NCBI RefSeq assembly: GCF_021869535.1
Contig: NW_026262712.1
Span: 10,106,001-10,170,000, forward strand
DNA length: 64,000 nt
Reading direction: 5' to 3'
Source of the DNA: Mytilus californianus
Lineage: Eukaryota
Position 1 is the stretch's first letter; every line of letters starts with the position of its first letter. The translations under genes and the position numbers were made by a program. The notes beneath the pieces are model-generated. The model saw only the letters and a program-made list of their open reading frames with translations, was not told where the DNA came from and searched no databases. Of this stretch, positions 26,215-39,689 are shown piece after piece.

Positions 26215-26690
26215 AAACATTGTTACTGTAGTCTGTTGTTATTTATGTATTATTGTCATTTTGTTTATTTTCTTTTGTTTCCTATTCTGACATCGGACTC
26301 GGACTTCTCTTAAACTGAGTTTTACTGTGCGTACTGTTGTGCGTTTGTTTTTTTCTACATTGGCTAGAGGTATAGGGGGAGGGTTGAGATCTCAAAAAAC
26401 ATGTTTAACCCCGCCGCATTTTTGCGCCTGTCCCAAGTCAGGAGCCTCTGGCCTTTGTTAGTCTTGTATCATTTTTAATTTTAGTTTCTTTTTTGTGTAT
26501 AATTTGGAGTTTAGTATGACGTCCATTTTCACTGAACTAGTATACATATTTGTTTAGGGGCCAGCTGAAGGACGCCTCCGGGTGCGGGAGTTTCTCGCTG
26601 CATTGAAGACCCATTGGTGGCCTTCGGCTGTTGTCTGCTCTATGGTCGGGTTGTCTCTTTGACACATTCCCCATTTCCATTCTCAATTTT
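26215..26690 (-). repeat. Interspersed repeat family A (most complete copy)
   Basis: aaaattgagaatggaaatggggaatgtgtcaaagagacaac... also at about 85-270, 9077-9185, 41783-42092, 43557-43820, 58620-58765 and 63555-63720. Confidence 0.85.
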
Positions 26691-26760
26691 ATTGATAATC
26701 ATAGATCAGAAACAGAGCATAACTTTTGAAAACACTTGTCTCTCAAAAGATATTGAGGTA

Positions 26761-26860
26761 TACTTACCCTGGTCACTGCTGAGTTTTGAAAATTATTTTT
26801 TCCTAAATATGACGCAATTCGTTACGCTTAATAGCTAGCAATGCGGAAACTAATATGAAA
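26761..26860 (-). other. Candidate non-coding first exon / splice donor of copy B
   Basis: Consensus donor CCAGG|GTAAGTA at 26768/26767, in unique sequence just downstream of the ISRE-like site. The 5' end of the exon is not defined. Confidence 0.4.
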
Positions 26861-26893
26861 TAAATCGTTCCTAATAGTATTTAGTGAATTGTG

Positions 26894-26912
26894 ATTTCCT
26901 CTTTCGGTTTCG
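26894..26912 (-). promoter_or_regulatory. ISRE/IRF-binding-like element upstream of copy B
   Basis: Minus strand CGAAACCGAAAGAGGAAAT: GAAA-NN-GAAA core plus a third GAAA, about 130 bp upstream of the candidate first-exon donor. Confidence 0.5.
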
Positions 26913-27021
26913 ATAACAATCTAAATATAATCAATGACGATAAGTTTTCTTTTTCCGGTAATTTAACTGTTATTACATATATAGATAAAACATTTTATTC
27001 AAAGTCGGTACATGAAGATGT

Positions 27022-27262
27022 GAATATTGAGCCTCCTCATGGGGTTTTTGATTATGTGATTACTTGGCCATTTTTATAGTGATTATTTTATTACCAGACC
27101 AAATATTTCATGATTATTTGATTATTTGATAAATTAGGACTGTATTTTTGATTATTTGATTATCTTGTTTAAAAAAATAATTAATGATTATGTGATTATA
27201 AATTGGCAAAAACATTTGTGATTATGTGATTACTTGGACACCCCCATGAGGGGCCTCAATAT
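27022..27262. mobile_element. Small MITE with internal tgattat repeats
   Basis: atattgagcctcctcatgggg ... ccccatgaggggcctcaatat inverted termini. Confidence 0.55.
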
Positions 27263-28102
27263 CTATATTGTATCATTTATGCATTTTTGTTTACAATGTA
27301 ATAAACGCAGGGTAATGGACTTCTATTTATAGTACTGATAGATGAAAATAAAAACTTGATCATTTTGGTTCTTTCGAAGTACTTTAATAACCTTCGTTAG
27401 AAACGATGAAACCCAAGAAATTGAGTCTATGGTGTGTATTACATACAGTACTTCAATACGTAAGGAGGTAATTTATGATCAGACAAAAGGGGTCTAAGAG
27501 TAATCATTTGAGCCAAATCAACTTTGCATGAGGGACTGAGTTGAAACCATTTTATAACTGATATTAGTTATGTCGTCTTTAAACTAAATCCCGTTCGATG
27601 TGTGCTGATTGATTTTTAGTGTTTGATTTGTAATTGGCTTTGAACTGACTTAATATACCTGCGAGTTCACTTTGATTTGTACTTTTATGTATTTTGGTAA
27701 GGTGTTTTTGTTAGTTATTTTCTAGTATTTCCTGTCGAATTTTGAGTCATACCCTTCCAACTGATTTGTATAATTCGTTCTTATATTTTGCTGTAATTAC
27801 ACTACTATCCCAGGTTAAGCGGAGAATTAAGAGCTCAACGCACTAGTCAGAAGAGACTTATTAAGTGCCTGTCACAAATAAAGGAATCTGTAATTCAGTA
27901 GTTGACATTGATTGCTGTTTGTCATCAATCAGACCACAGGTTTTCTCTTATGAAACAATTGACATTTAATCATGCCGAATCCTTTAAAAGGTAGTATATT
28001 GTATTCATTTTGCTCATTGTTGAAGGCCGTTGATTTACCAATAGCTGCCTATATTAAGAAATGCATAACTTTTATCACTTGCTTTACTTATACCAGCATC
28101 TA

Positions 28103-28945
28103 TTAAATAAAATGCTTCGCCGAGCGCAGCTGGATACGACCGCAGAGGTCCAACCCTGAACAGTTGGGGCAAAAATGGACACAATATTCAAGCTTGATAC
28201 AGGTCTGAATTTGAATTGTAATTAAATATTTGACACATAATAGGTTTCTGACACAGAATAAATGTAGTCAAAGAACTTGAAATTGGTTATATGATTTGAA
28301 TTTATATTTAATTGAAGATTTCTTGCTGTTGTGCAATACACTAGGCTGTTGCGCAATACTTAGTAAATCTGTTTTCAGACTATATACAAAGAATTAGGAA
28401 AATAAATTGTGACCCCCAATTTTTCATTGGAAAATTGACAATTTCTTAAATCTTGAGGGAAAAAAATTTTCTTTTTGTAAAATGTGGTACAATTTAAGAG
28501 ACATCCATACACTTAAACACAAGTTATTGTCTGAAAACTAGAAAAATGCTTGTTTTAGACCCTTTTTGGACCCTAATTCCTGAACAGTTTGGGCAATTTA
28601 CCCCCAAAATGAATCCCAACCTTCTACTTGTGGTATTGAACCTTGTGGTACAATTTCAGAGCAATCAAAATACTTATACACAAGTTATTGTCCTGAAACT
28701 AGAAAAATGCTTGTTTTGGGCCCCTGTTTGCCCCCAATTCCTAAACGGTTTGGACCATCACCCCCAAAAACAATCCCAACCTTCCTTTTGTGGTATTGAA
28801 CCTTTTGTTTAAATTTCATAGAGATCCATTCACTTAAACTAAAGTTATTGTCCGGAAACCAAATGTCTTCGGACGATGACGACATACGACATTGACAACG
28901 TGATAGCAATAAACGACCCAAAAAAATGTTTGCGGTCGTATAAAA
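28103..28945 (+). mobile_element. Helentron/HINE-like element with internal tandem repeats (other copies 57212-58590 and 63945-end)
   Basis: Shared start aaaatgcttcgccgagcgcagctggatacgacc, about 160-bp internal repeats, gacgac microsatellite and terminal hairpin ata..cgacc...ggtcgtat. Confidence 0.65.
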
Positions 28946-29399
28946 ATGATTGGCATGTCTTAAATATTAAAAATGTTATAAAAAGAAACGACCCTTAAAT
29001 TCTTTGAACATCTTAAAGGGTTCATGGTTGTCTTCTGACCAAAAAAAGCATGTTTTGTAAAAACGCCTTTCAATTAAAATGAAATGAAAGTGTGTTCTAA
29101 CAGCCAAAGAGCAGCTTTCGTGATTTCAGAAACTGATGGTCCTTTAAACAGAGCACATTAAAAATATTCCTGTATCATTAACTCTCAATGTTTGAACAGA
29201 GTCATCATTTAGACTATATGCATATTGGATAAGCGTTACTATCCATCTTTTTCAATCTACGAGCCTCATATTTCTGTACCCTTAAAGGCTTTTTAATGGT
29301 ATTATCTTTGTAGTTTTTAACTTTTTATGAATCATATGAAAAATTGTGCAATATATTCCTAGTGGCACTGATATTCATTTTCTTTTGCTAAGCGAGAGG

Positions 29400-30200
29400 G
29401 TCTTGAACTGGGCTAATAAACATCTGAATTTTGAGATTGTTTCTTGTAGGAAAAAAGTCTTTTTTGGGGGTTCCCAGTATTCGAATATTGTAAATATTTT
29501 ACAGGATGCAGATTCCATTCAATTACCCTCACATGATTTTTACCCCAGGAAAAGCCGTTAGTGATATGAGCTGCGAGAAATACATGCAGCATGTCCCAAA
29601 GTAGAAAACATAGTCTAGGAGATTGTGTCCTTCCTACACGGCTTGTTGGTTGTTATAAACCCCTACTGTTGCATTCGACATAAACCTTTCAACCCTGAAC
29701 CAAGTGTTATATTTTGGACAGAGTATTCATAACTGCTTTCTACTCAAACCAATTCATGCATTTCTAGCTTCTATTCTGAAAGTTTAATTAATCCTAAGTG
29801 CGTTTTCCCAATCCAAAGTCTGTCAAAAATGTCAGAGAGTGTGGGTCAACTTGCAAAGGTGCTCCCTTGAAAATATTCTTCTTCAGTTGTTCCGGAGAGT
29901 TTGCCAAAGAGTAGAGGAACTACAAGAGTTAAGCATATTTAAATGCTATGTCTATCCAAGACTCCAGAAGCAGTTTCCCTGGAGTTGTCCATTCATTGTT
30001 CAAATGACTTTTTGCATATATAATATAAATCTTTGTGCAGATTGAACTGTACCTTAAGATATTAAATCCTTTGAAAGGAAATACATAAAGGTTAGACTTT
30101 ATATTATTTTCAATCCCAGATCCACCTTGGGCAAATTTGATTAGCGCAATAGTTATAGAAACTGGTTTTTCATAGTCCACGAACATAAATACATGAATCT
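29400..30200 (-). mobile_element. Highly decayed LINE RT remnant
   Basis: MFVDYEK, DIFDRLW and V*EGHNL resemble RT motifs FVDFEKAFD and VRQGxxLSP; heavily degenerate. Confidence 0.35.
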
Positions 30201-30714
30201 GATGGCTTCCCGAATACCCACTATTGCACTATCAGCTCTGTTGAAGCTGTTTGAGCAATCGCGATTCCGAAAGGCAAAGCTGTAAATTCTGTTTTTATAA
30301 AACCATAAGAATTTTCTGTGAAAAATTAAACATTGGAATTTGTAACATTGATCCTTTAAGTCCAGACTTTAATATGGTCAAATGTCCTTTCATTTTGAAG
30401 AACTTTAAGAGTTTTGTAGATAAGCATAGATTGGTTTCAGGTTAAAAATTGGAAGTCTGATCCAAAATTCATATTCTAGATATAGAAAGCTTTTTAGAAA
30501 CCATGCCGGTTTCTAAAAAGCTTTCTATATCTTATAAAATATCTAACATGCTTACAGAGTTGATTAGTTTTGTCTCTCTGATACCAGACCTATTAGGAAG
30601 AGAAACAAAATTAGGATGAAGTCCTTCTTGGACTATATATCAAATACCAAAGGATCTGAAGTTTTTACATATCTTTGAACATGAAACCTTGGTTTAATCC
30701 TGAATACTCTACAG

Positions 30715-30925
30715 GACTTGGCCCTTTTTGAAAAACTGATTCTTTTATGACTTATTTTCTGATGCTAAATTGGCCATTTTTGAAAAACTTATTCTTTTAT
30801 GACTTATTTTCTGATGCCAAATTAGTCCTTTTTGAAAAACTGATTCGTTTGTGACTTATCTTCTGATGCAAAATTGGCCCTTTTTGAAAAACTGATTTGT
30901 TTGTGACTTATTTTCTGATGCAAAA
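30715..30925. repeat. About 55-bp tandem repeat x4
   Basis: ttggccctttttgaaaaactgattcttttatgacttattttctgatgc repeated. Confidence 0.85.
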
Positions 30926-31107
30926 GCTTTAACACTATCCTAATTTTCTAAGATTTAAAATTATTTCAAAAAGTTTTCATCTTACTGTATCATCATAATT
31001 AAACAAAGAAGACAGCGTACAGAATTTTAAGCCTGGTAGCTACACTGTACAACATATGATAAGTTTACTTGGTATCATCACAGATTTGGAACTTTTGTAA
31101 CAATTTA

Positions 31108-31326
31108 CTGTGGATTCATTATTATTCATTGGCTACCAATTTTCATCAATTTCTTGGGTTCAGGCCTAGGTGAACCATGAGTTTAAATGTTCAACAAATT
31201 ACAAATTTTTTATCAGGTTGTATGCAACCTTCAAGACAAAACCATGAAATCAAATATCCACGAAAAGGCAAGTTTTCCGCAACCCATGAACATTTGAACC
31301 CACGAAAAATAAATGAATTCACAGTA
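31108..31326. mobile_element. Small TA-flanked MITE (second copy at about 49321-49531)
   Basis: TIR tactgtggattcatt...aatgaat(t/c)cacagta; internal sequence shared by the two copies. Confidence 0.65.
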
Positions 31327-31656
31327 TTTTACTTTTGGCATTTCAATGCAAAGTTCCACAACACCAACAGTAATTGTCATATCTAACTGATCATGTAGTA
31401 TGTCACATGATGAAAAAAACAATCCAACCAAATAAACAAAATATTAATTTTTATTACAGTTATATGTACATTTGTATCACATTTTACAAATTGTGTTTAA
31501 ACATACTGGATTTACCATTTTCCTTCATGAAACATTTTTGATCCATCTGCTTGTTTACAAAATGAAAAAAAATAATCATTAAATGGGCCTCATTTTACTT
31601 ATAACAATGATACGGTGTGAAAAAAATGTGCACTGGTCCCCTGTCCAAAATCTTAT

Positions 31657-32055
<399 letters not shown>

Positions 32056-33298
32056 TGTGCACCACTGGCACAATTACATTTCAGTGTTCTGTGATTCATG
32101 ATAATAGTCAGTTAAACATACCAAAATCATTCTGACATGTTTATAAACTGAATCATGCCAAAGCCAACGAAATAAGATTAAAATAATTTGCTTCATCAAA
32201 TAATGTTTTACTAGTATCAATAGTTAAAGTCTGTAAAAAGAACCATGAAAATTTCAATCAACCAGTATTTACAAGTATTGACCACTTTAAGGAGTATTGG
32301 GCAGTGAACACCAACCAACCTTGTCAGTGAACTATAAAATTTTAGTAAAATTCCTTAATCCCTAATTTGACATCTATATTATGGCATATGTACTAGGTTT
32401 CATATTGATTTGACCACAAACTACCTTGAACATGTTGAACCTAAACTTTAACCTAAATGTATTTCATTTGAATTTTCAGTGAACCTTGAAATCTGTGTCC
32501 TATAATGGTTTACTTTTATAAATTTTGACTTGGATGGAGAGTTGTCTCATTGGCACTCATACCACATCTTCTTATATCCAAATACCATAATTTGACAAGA
32601 AAATTAACAGTTCACTACAAAATGAAGGAAGGAAGGAAGGACAATAAGAGAAATCAAGTGTTGAACTGTAATCTAAAAATGAACTTATGAGTACAGTACA
32701 CAAAAGGATATTCAGTCATAATTACTTTTGTTGGTGTTGGGTGAATCACTCTGAATCAGGGTGATTGCTGGTAATAACACTCTGATTAGATTAACAACCA
32801 TCACTGACCATGTGATGTTCTTTCTATTGAGTATGAAGAAAAGTATTTCAAAGATATTTGACTGATCCACCTTGAGTGTACTGTATATATTTGAGCATGC
32901 AGTTAAATTGGTATTATACAGACTCTTTTCTGTAAATGACATCTGTTTCGCAACCTCCAGTGTTCTAATGGATTTTTTACATAATCAAGTTGTTGTCTCA
33001 TTCATGTATTTCTTTTTAATCATAATCTGTCATACCTTTTATTTCATTGTTTTTTTTAAATCATGTTAGGATCATGAGGATAGAATAAATCTAACTTTGG
33101 AATAAGCAAGACCAAGAACATTTTTTGTGTTTCATAGTTAATTGGCTCTGAATATTTAGTACTGGTAGGTGCTTTACCAGCAAATTATCTTGCTTTTTAT
33201 TCTAACTCATTACATCATAAATTATTGCAGTCAATGACACAAATAAATCAAAGTTAAAAGGATAGGCAGAAACATAAGTATTTTCTAAGTCTTACTCA

Positions 33299-33403
<105 letters not shown>

Positions 33404-34344
33404 TTAACCTATGAATTAAATATACTGTAATGAATATTATACAAAGTACATGTATTATTATTATACATTTAAATCAGGGATTTGTTTGAACTTCACTTTG
33501 GTCTACACAAATAAATAAATACAGCTCGAAACATGCAAATAAAAATTAAAGAAAACAAAGGCTTATCATCAGTAAATCATAAGAAATAAATGGGGAATGT
33601 GTCCATGGGACACAGATGATTCCCCTGCTTGCATATCATATGAAGTTATAAAGGGACATAACTGAAGAATGGTAAAAGTGACGCTACCCAAATTTGTAAT
33701 TGATCTGAGTTTTGTGGTAATAAGTATTGTGTATAAATCTCATAACATTTGGTTCAGGCTAACTTAAGTGAAAGAACAGAAATGAAAAATTCAACAATTT
33801 TTAAGTTTATAAAGGGGCATAACCCAAGAACAGTAAAAGTGACGCCACCCAATTACAAACTTGATCTGTATCATGTGGTAATAAGCATTGTGTATAAGTT
33901 TCATAACATTTAGTTGAGGCAAACTAAAGTTGGAGAACGGAAATGAAAAATTCAGCAATTTTTCCATTTGTAAAGGGGCATAACTCTAGAACGGTTATAG
34001 TGACGCCACCAAAATTCAAACTTGATCTGTGTTGTGTGGTAATAAGCATTGTGTATAAGTTTCATAACATTTAGAGAACGGAAACCAACTTTGGGACGTA
34101 CGTACAGACAAACGTACAGACGGACAAGGGTAAAACTTAATGCCACCTCAGCTACGGTGGGGGCATAAAAAGAAGAGAAAGACATTATTTCATGTATTTC
34201 AAGAGTAAATTTTAAAACATCGCATTCAAAAAGACTGTTAAATTTGTAGTCCTCTCATCCTTTGACTGTGCTAGGGACATAAGCATGATAAGCCTCAAGA
34301 AATTAACTATTCTAATTATTTCAAAGGGATAAATATAAAAACAT

Positions 34345-34600
34345 GCATTAGTTATCAAAGGTACCAGGCTTATAATTTGGTACGTCAGACGCGCGTTTCG
34401 TCTGCATAAGACTCATCAGTGACGCTTAGATAAAAAAAGTTAGAAAGCCAAAACAAGTACAAAGTTGAAGAGCATTGAGGACCCAAAATTCCAAAAAGTT
34501 GTGCCAAATACGGTTAAGGTAATCTATGCCTGGGATAAGAAAATCCTTAGTATTTTAAAGATAATTCATACTTTTGCAAACAGTAAATTTATAAAAATGA
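34345..34600. mobile_element. Non-autonomous Penelope-like repeat carrying the hammerhead
   Basis: Short interspersed segment containing a ribozyme of the type found in Penelope pLTRs; boundaries approximate. Confidence 0.55.
34382..34425 (-). ncRNA. Type I minimal hammerhead ribozyme (Penelope-like-element type)
   Basis: Minus strand gcgtca-CTGATGA-gtct(tatgc)agac-GAAA-c(gcgc)GTC-tgacgt: complete core, stem I CGTCA/TGACG, stem II GTCT/AGAC, palindromic GCGC loop on a minimal stem III. Confidence 0.85.
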
Positions 34601-36699
34601 AAATTAAAGTGTTAGCAAGACCACTTATGGCTTTGGCTCTCCTTATTCCTTTTTTCCCCGTTACTTATTTGAACTTATTTCTGAGACTACTTTGACAGTT
34701 GTAGTATCCTCAGCTTATTTTTACTTATTCAATGTATTCTTGCTTTTATCAATATATGCATTATTATTTAACAGTATTTTTCATATTTATTCTATCTTAT
34801 ATATTTATTGTGTATAAGTTTCATAGCATTTGGTTGAGACAAACTAAAGTCGGAGAACGGAAACAAAATATTCAGCAATTTTTCCATATGTAAAGGGGCA
34901 TAACTCTAGAACAATAAAATTGACACCCCAAAAATTCAAATTTAATCTGTATTTTGAGGTAATAAGCATTGTGTACAAGTTTCATAGCATTTGGTTGAGG
35001 CAAACTAAAGTAAGAGAACGGAAACGAAAAATTTCGCATTTTTCCAAAATTTTGTAAAGGGGCATAACTCTAGAACGGTTAAAGTGACGCCCCCAAAATT
35101 CAAACTTGATCTGTATTTTGTGGTAATAAGCATTGTGTACAAGTTTCATACCATTTGGTTGAAGCAAACTAAAGTTAGAGAAAGGAAACGAAAAATTTAG
35201 CAATTTGTCCAATTGTAAAGGGGCATAACTCTAGAAAGGTTAATAAAGTGATGCCACAAAAATTCATAACTTGATCTGTATTTTGTGGTAGGTAATAAGC
35301 ATTGTGTATAAGTTTCATATCAATTGGTTGAGGCAAACTAAAGTTAGAGAAAGGAAACCAACTTTGGGAAGTACCTACAGACAGACGAGGGTAAAACTTA
35401 ATGCCCCTCCGCTACGGTGGGGGCATAACATAATGACAATGATACATACATTAACACTGTTAATGTACACTACAAACTGCTCAGAGTCTGAAAAGACCAT
35501 ATTTTGTTTACTGGTCAAGCACAGATTTTACTTAACAAGACTTGTTGTTTGTTGATGTGGTTTGTAAGTGTTTCTCGTTTCTCTTTTTTATATACATTTG
35601 TAGATTAGACCGTTGGTTTTCCCGTTTGAATGGTTTTACACTAGTAATTTTTGGGGCCCTTTATAGCTTGCTGTTCGGTGTGAGCCAAGGCTCCGTGTTG
35701 AAGACTGTACTTTGACCTATAATGGTTTACTTTTATAAATTTTGACTTGGATGGAGAGTTGTCTCATTGGCACTCATACCACATCTTCTTATATCTATTG
35801 ACATAATCTCGGCAGTACTTAACTGTACTCGACTCTGGCCTCGACTTTACTTAATAAGTCTGATTCAGTACTTGACAATCTTGGTGTAGTCTGAAATGGT
35901 CTGGACAAATGCTCAACCAGTCTCAAACTGTCTGGACAAGTCTCGACCAGGCTCGACCAGTCTCGACTCTGTCTCGACCAGTCTCTACCTATCTAGACTA
36001 AGTCTTGACCTTTGAATTTAGTCTTGACTGGTCTGAATCAGCCCATCTAACTCAATCATATATTGATCTTACAAAATTCCAGGTATTTGGTAAAATCAAA
36101 GTGATGGGAATCACTCATGGAAAGACTGGAAAAGTAGTTTGAATAATTTCATGTTTAGGTATGGTGTGGACAAAAAAGAACATTAATAAAGCATTATTGC
36201 TGACAATTGCATAAACTGCAGGTCTTTAGAAGGAAAAGCACTTTTCCAGTAGATAAAATGAGCCAAATGTAAATCAAATTGAATGATAGGGGGTCTCTTA
36301 ATTTGTACAATTTCATTTAAACTGCAATTTATATCCTAACCAAATAATGTTCTCTGTAACATATCTCAAACAAACAAAAATTGCAAATCAAAGATTCTTC
36401 TAATAAAGTTTACCAACTATCCTTGTAAGACATAGGACCAACAGATAGACTTGAAGCCAAGAACTTTATTGTGTCAAAAATATAATCTAAAAAGGTTGTT
36501 TTGGGGCATTTTCCATTGTTTTGTAAGTTGAAACATAGGTGTACTATTTTTGTACTATGGGAATTGCTTATTGATTTCGAAAACAATTATCATGGTTATA
36601 AGAGTGTATTCTTATCAATTAATATTTTAAATATTTTTCAGCAAAGGGTATTGAAAATGTACCTTTTCATGCTTTTCAACATAAACAAATTAAACAAGC

Positions 36700-37185
36700 A
36701 TTCTGTGAGTATTGCATGGCAATACTGAGTCCCCTACCGGTTAAAAATTCATTGTATTAGAACAAAATTCTAGCTTGATCTATAATTTGTCATGGTGTAA
36801 ACTATATAACAAATATCAAACATGTCAAATCAATAGCTTCAAGCATGACTAAAAAAAGTGTTGAAAACTAATTATTTAAGTGAACTTTTAAGTCCAAGGA
36901 CCATAACTCTGCACAAAATCATCAGACCGGAAAAAAATTTGAACTTTAACTGTAACTTGTCATGATAAAACTACATACCAATTATCAAATCAATATCTTC
37001 AAGAATGACAAAAAAAAGTGCAGAAAACTGATTATTTTATGGAATTTTCTAAGCAAATCAATATCTTCAAGCATGAAGAAAAAAGTGTGGAAAACTGATT
37101 TGCCGGACGGACGGACGGATGGACAGACAGACGGACGGAGTGCAAACCTAAAGTCCTCTTCGACTTCGTCGGTAGGGACTAAAAA
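36700..37185 (+). mobile_element. HINE-like element nested in the CACTA element
   Basis: gagtattgcatggcaatact start, gacggacgg microsatellite, terminal hairpin; cccctaccg / cggtaggg inverted motif. Confidence 0.55.
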
Positions 37186-37991
37186 CTTATTTTATTGAAT
37201 GTGGATTCTTTCTTGATTGCAAATATATATATATTCAAATGACTAAAATTGTTAACAGACATTTGTTCTAATTAAAAGTTTTAAAATTTTACTAACTGTT
37301 TCAAGCCAATCACCATGATCATTGATGATCACTGATAAAAAAATAAGTAAACTAACCTAAATTGTTGATTTATAATTACAGATGATTATTGCAGATTTAT
37401 CAAGTAAATTATAGGCCTTACTTGAATACCTTTTATATATTAATATTTAGATTTCATATTTTTTTTCAAAGATCTTGTTAATCCTTAATTATAACCATTT
37501 ATCTTTCAGACATAATTTCACAATCGCGTTATGTAGTGTAGATCAAAAGTAATAGGCAATGATTAAATCTATCATCCGTATATATATAATATCAAACATC
37601 TAATATATACATTTGTGTATTCAATTATGAGATCAAATATTTGTGTATTGAGATGTATAAAGAAGGGTCTGTATAATTATGGTAGACTGAGGTTGATTAG
37701 TTATGTGGTCAATATGATTGGCATTTAAGGAGGTGGGGCATTGTAGTTAAAGGTCCACCTTGTCTCTGGTTGTTTGATAATCATGACAGTTGTCAATCAT
37801 ATTAGTATTGTATCATTACTCAATTACCTAATCAAAATGAAAAAAAAAAGCCTGCACATCAACACACCTTAAAGACATACATACTTGATGATGAACTGCT
37901 CCAAAAATATATCCATTTTTTTCAGTTTATATGTGCATATGTGCACAGAATGAGAAGTATAGGGAACTATATTTCAATGTGTATACATTAA

Positions 37992-38868
37992 GGGGACGAC
38001 CATTTGAAATTCGGGGGGGGGGGGGGGCCAGGAGGATTTGTTTTGGATCGGTTATTTATTTTTGTAAACTAAGAGGACAGATTATCTATTTTCCGCACTA
38101 TTGAAGCCAGATTTTTCATTTTCATTAAAGCAAGGGACTGATTATTTATTTTCACAACTATATTTATAATATTCGAAAACATACAATTTTTAAATTATTT
38201 GTTTATTATAAATAATTCATGTATAGTCAAGTCATTATGTACCATTTAATCAGAATTAATTATTATCCTCTGCAGAAATGAATCTTCTATATTCCCCAAT
38301 GCATATACATGTATTGCATACATACACAGTATTAAAGTTTGGTTGTAACTAAGGCTCTTTTAAAAGTATTGGCAAACATGTTTCGCCGAGCGGAGCGAGG
38401 CTAAATTTTTTTTTGAAGGGTTTCTGAACTGCTGAAGGCCCAAGAAGCTATAGAACAAATGATGCAAAATCATGCCTTCTGGGTGTTCCCCAGACCCTTT
38501 CTTAAACTGAAAATGCAAGTTCTGTTTTAATAATTGTATGACAATATTTTGGTCTCAAAGCAAAATCACGTTATAGATTCAGTGTAAGACTTAAGTTTCT
38601 AGGAACAACATCAAAAGATATGGAAAGTGTTTCCCGATTTTTTTTTTGGAAAAAAGATGAATTTATGAAGAATCTGGTGCCATCTCATACTTTCGATTAG
38701 ACCTGCTGAGTTATTTATTTTCAATACATTGCAAGTCAGGTAATTTATTTTCAAACTACCACAGAACAAACCATTTATTTTTGTGATTATCAAGGCTGAG
38801 TTATTTATTTTCAAAATCCTCCTGGCCCCCCCCCCCCCCCCCCCCCAGAATATCAAATGGTCGTCCCC
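37992..38868. mobile_element. PIF/Harbinger-like MITE
   Basis: TIR GGGGACGACCATTTGA...TCAAATGGTCGTCCCC with poly-G/poly-C subterminals; TAA TSD on both sides. Confidence 0.75.
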
Positions 38869-38991
38869 TAAGTAGCTAACCTGTCCTTAGTTACTTGTTG
38901 TTAGGGAGGCCGGTGCCTTAGGAAAGATTTAGAACAAGTTCCAATCTTTCCAAAAAAGCAAAAATTTTCAGTTGGACTTAAAGCATGTTAC

Positions 38992-39685
38992 AGGGGCACT
39001 AGCTACCAGATATATAAAAATCTAAAATATGATTTTTTTTGTTCAATCATTAATGAAAGTGAAATAGTGAAATAATTATTTGCTTTTAGCAGCCAGTATG
39101 GTTCAATTTGGTCAAAATAAGCTAACAGACATTGATGATGAATTATTCACTTGCAAGTGAATAATTCGACCTCATTGAATCCGTATTCATGTGAACTTCA
39201 ATTCAACACCTTAGCTAGAGATGGATAACGCATGAATTGTGCGTGCAAAGTTATTTAAAAGAAAAGAATGTCAACATTGAAAGTGAAACAAAGGTAAATC
39301 ATTTGATTGATTGATTCAATCCACAAAAAATCATTCTTATACAGGTAAAAACGATGATAAACATATAATTTTAATCTATAATATGAAATTAAACAGACCT
39401 AGAATAATCCAGATGCACGAGTTCGCTTAATCTATTTATATCTATATTTTTGTTTACAGCACTTATATGGTCATCGGAGGACTTCGGAGGTCAACTCGAT
39501 AGTTAATTAGACAGCGTCTAGACTAAAATATACAAGAAACGAAGCTACATATTATCGAGCCCATGCCCTGTAAATTGTTTATTTTAGACTTTTAATAGTT
39601 TGGATAAATGTTTTACATTGTTATAAAATCAAATATGAGAATTTGAGTCAAATCGGCGAACACAAATTTGACAGCTAGTGCCCCT
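38992..39685. mobile_element. Non-autonomous DNA element (Kolobok-like, TTAA flank)
   Basis: TIR AGGGGCACTAGCT...AGCTAGTGCCCCT; TTAA on the right, TTAC on the left. Confidence 0.6.
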
Positions 39686-39689
39686 TTAA

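Larger units (their letters stand above)
33578..35430 (+). mobile_element. Two HINE/pearl-like elements (33578-34170, 34805-35430) with about 130-bp core repeats
   Basis: Repeated aaggggcataactctagaacgg...aaacttgatctg...; acagacagac microsatellite; terminal hairpin atgcccc...ggggcat. Confidence 0.7.
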
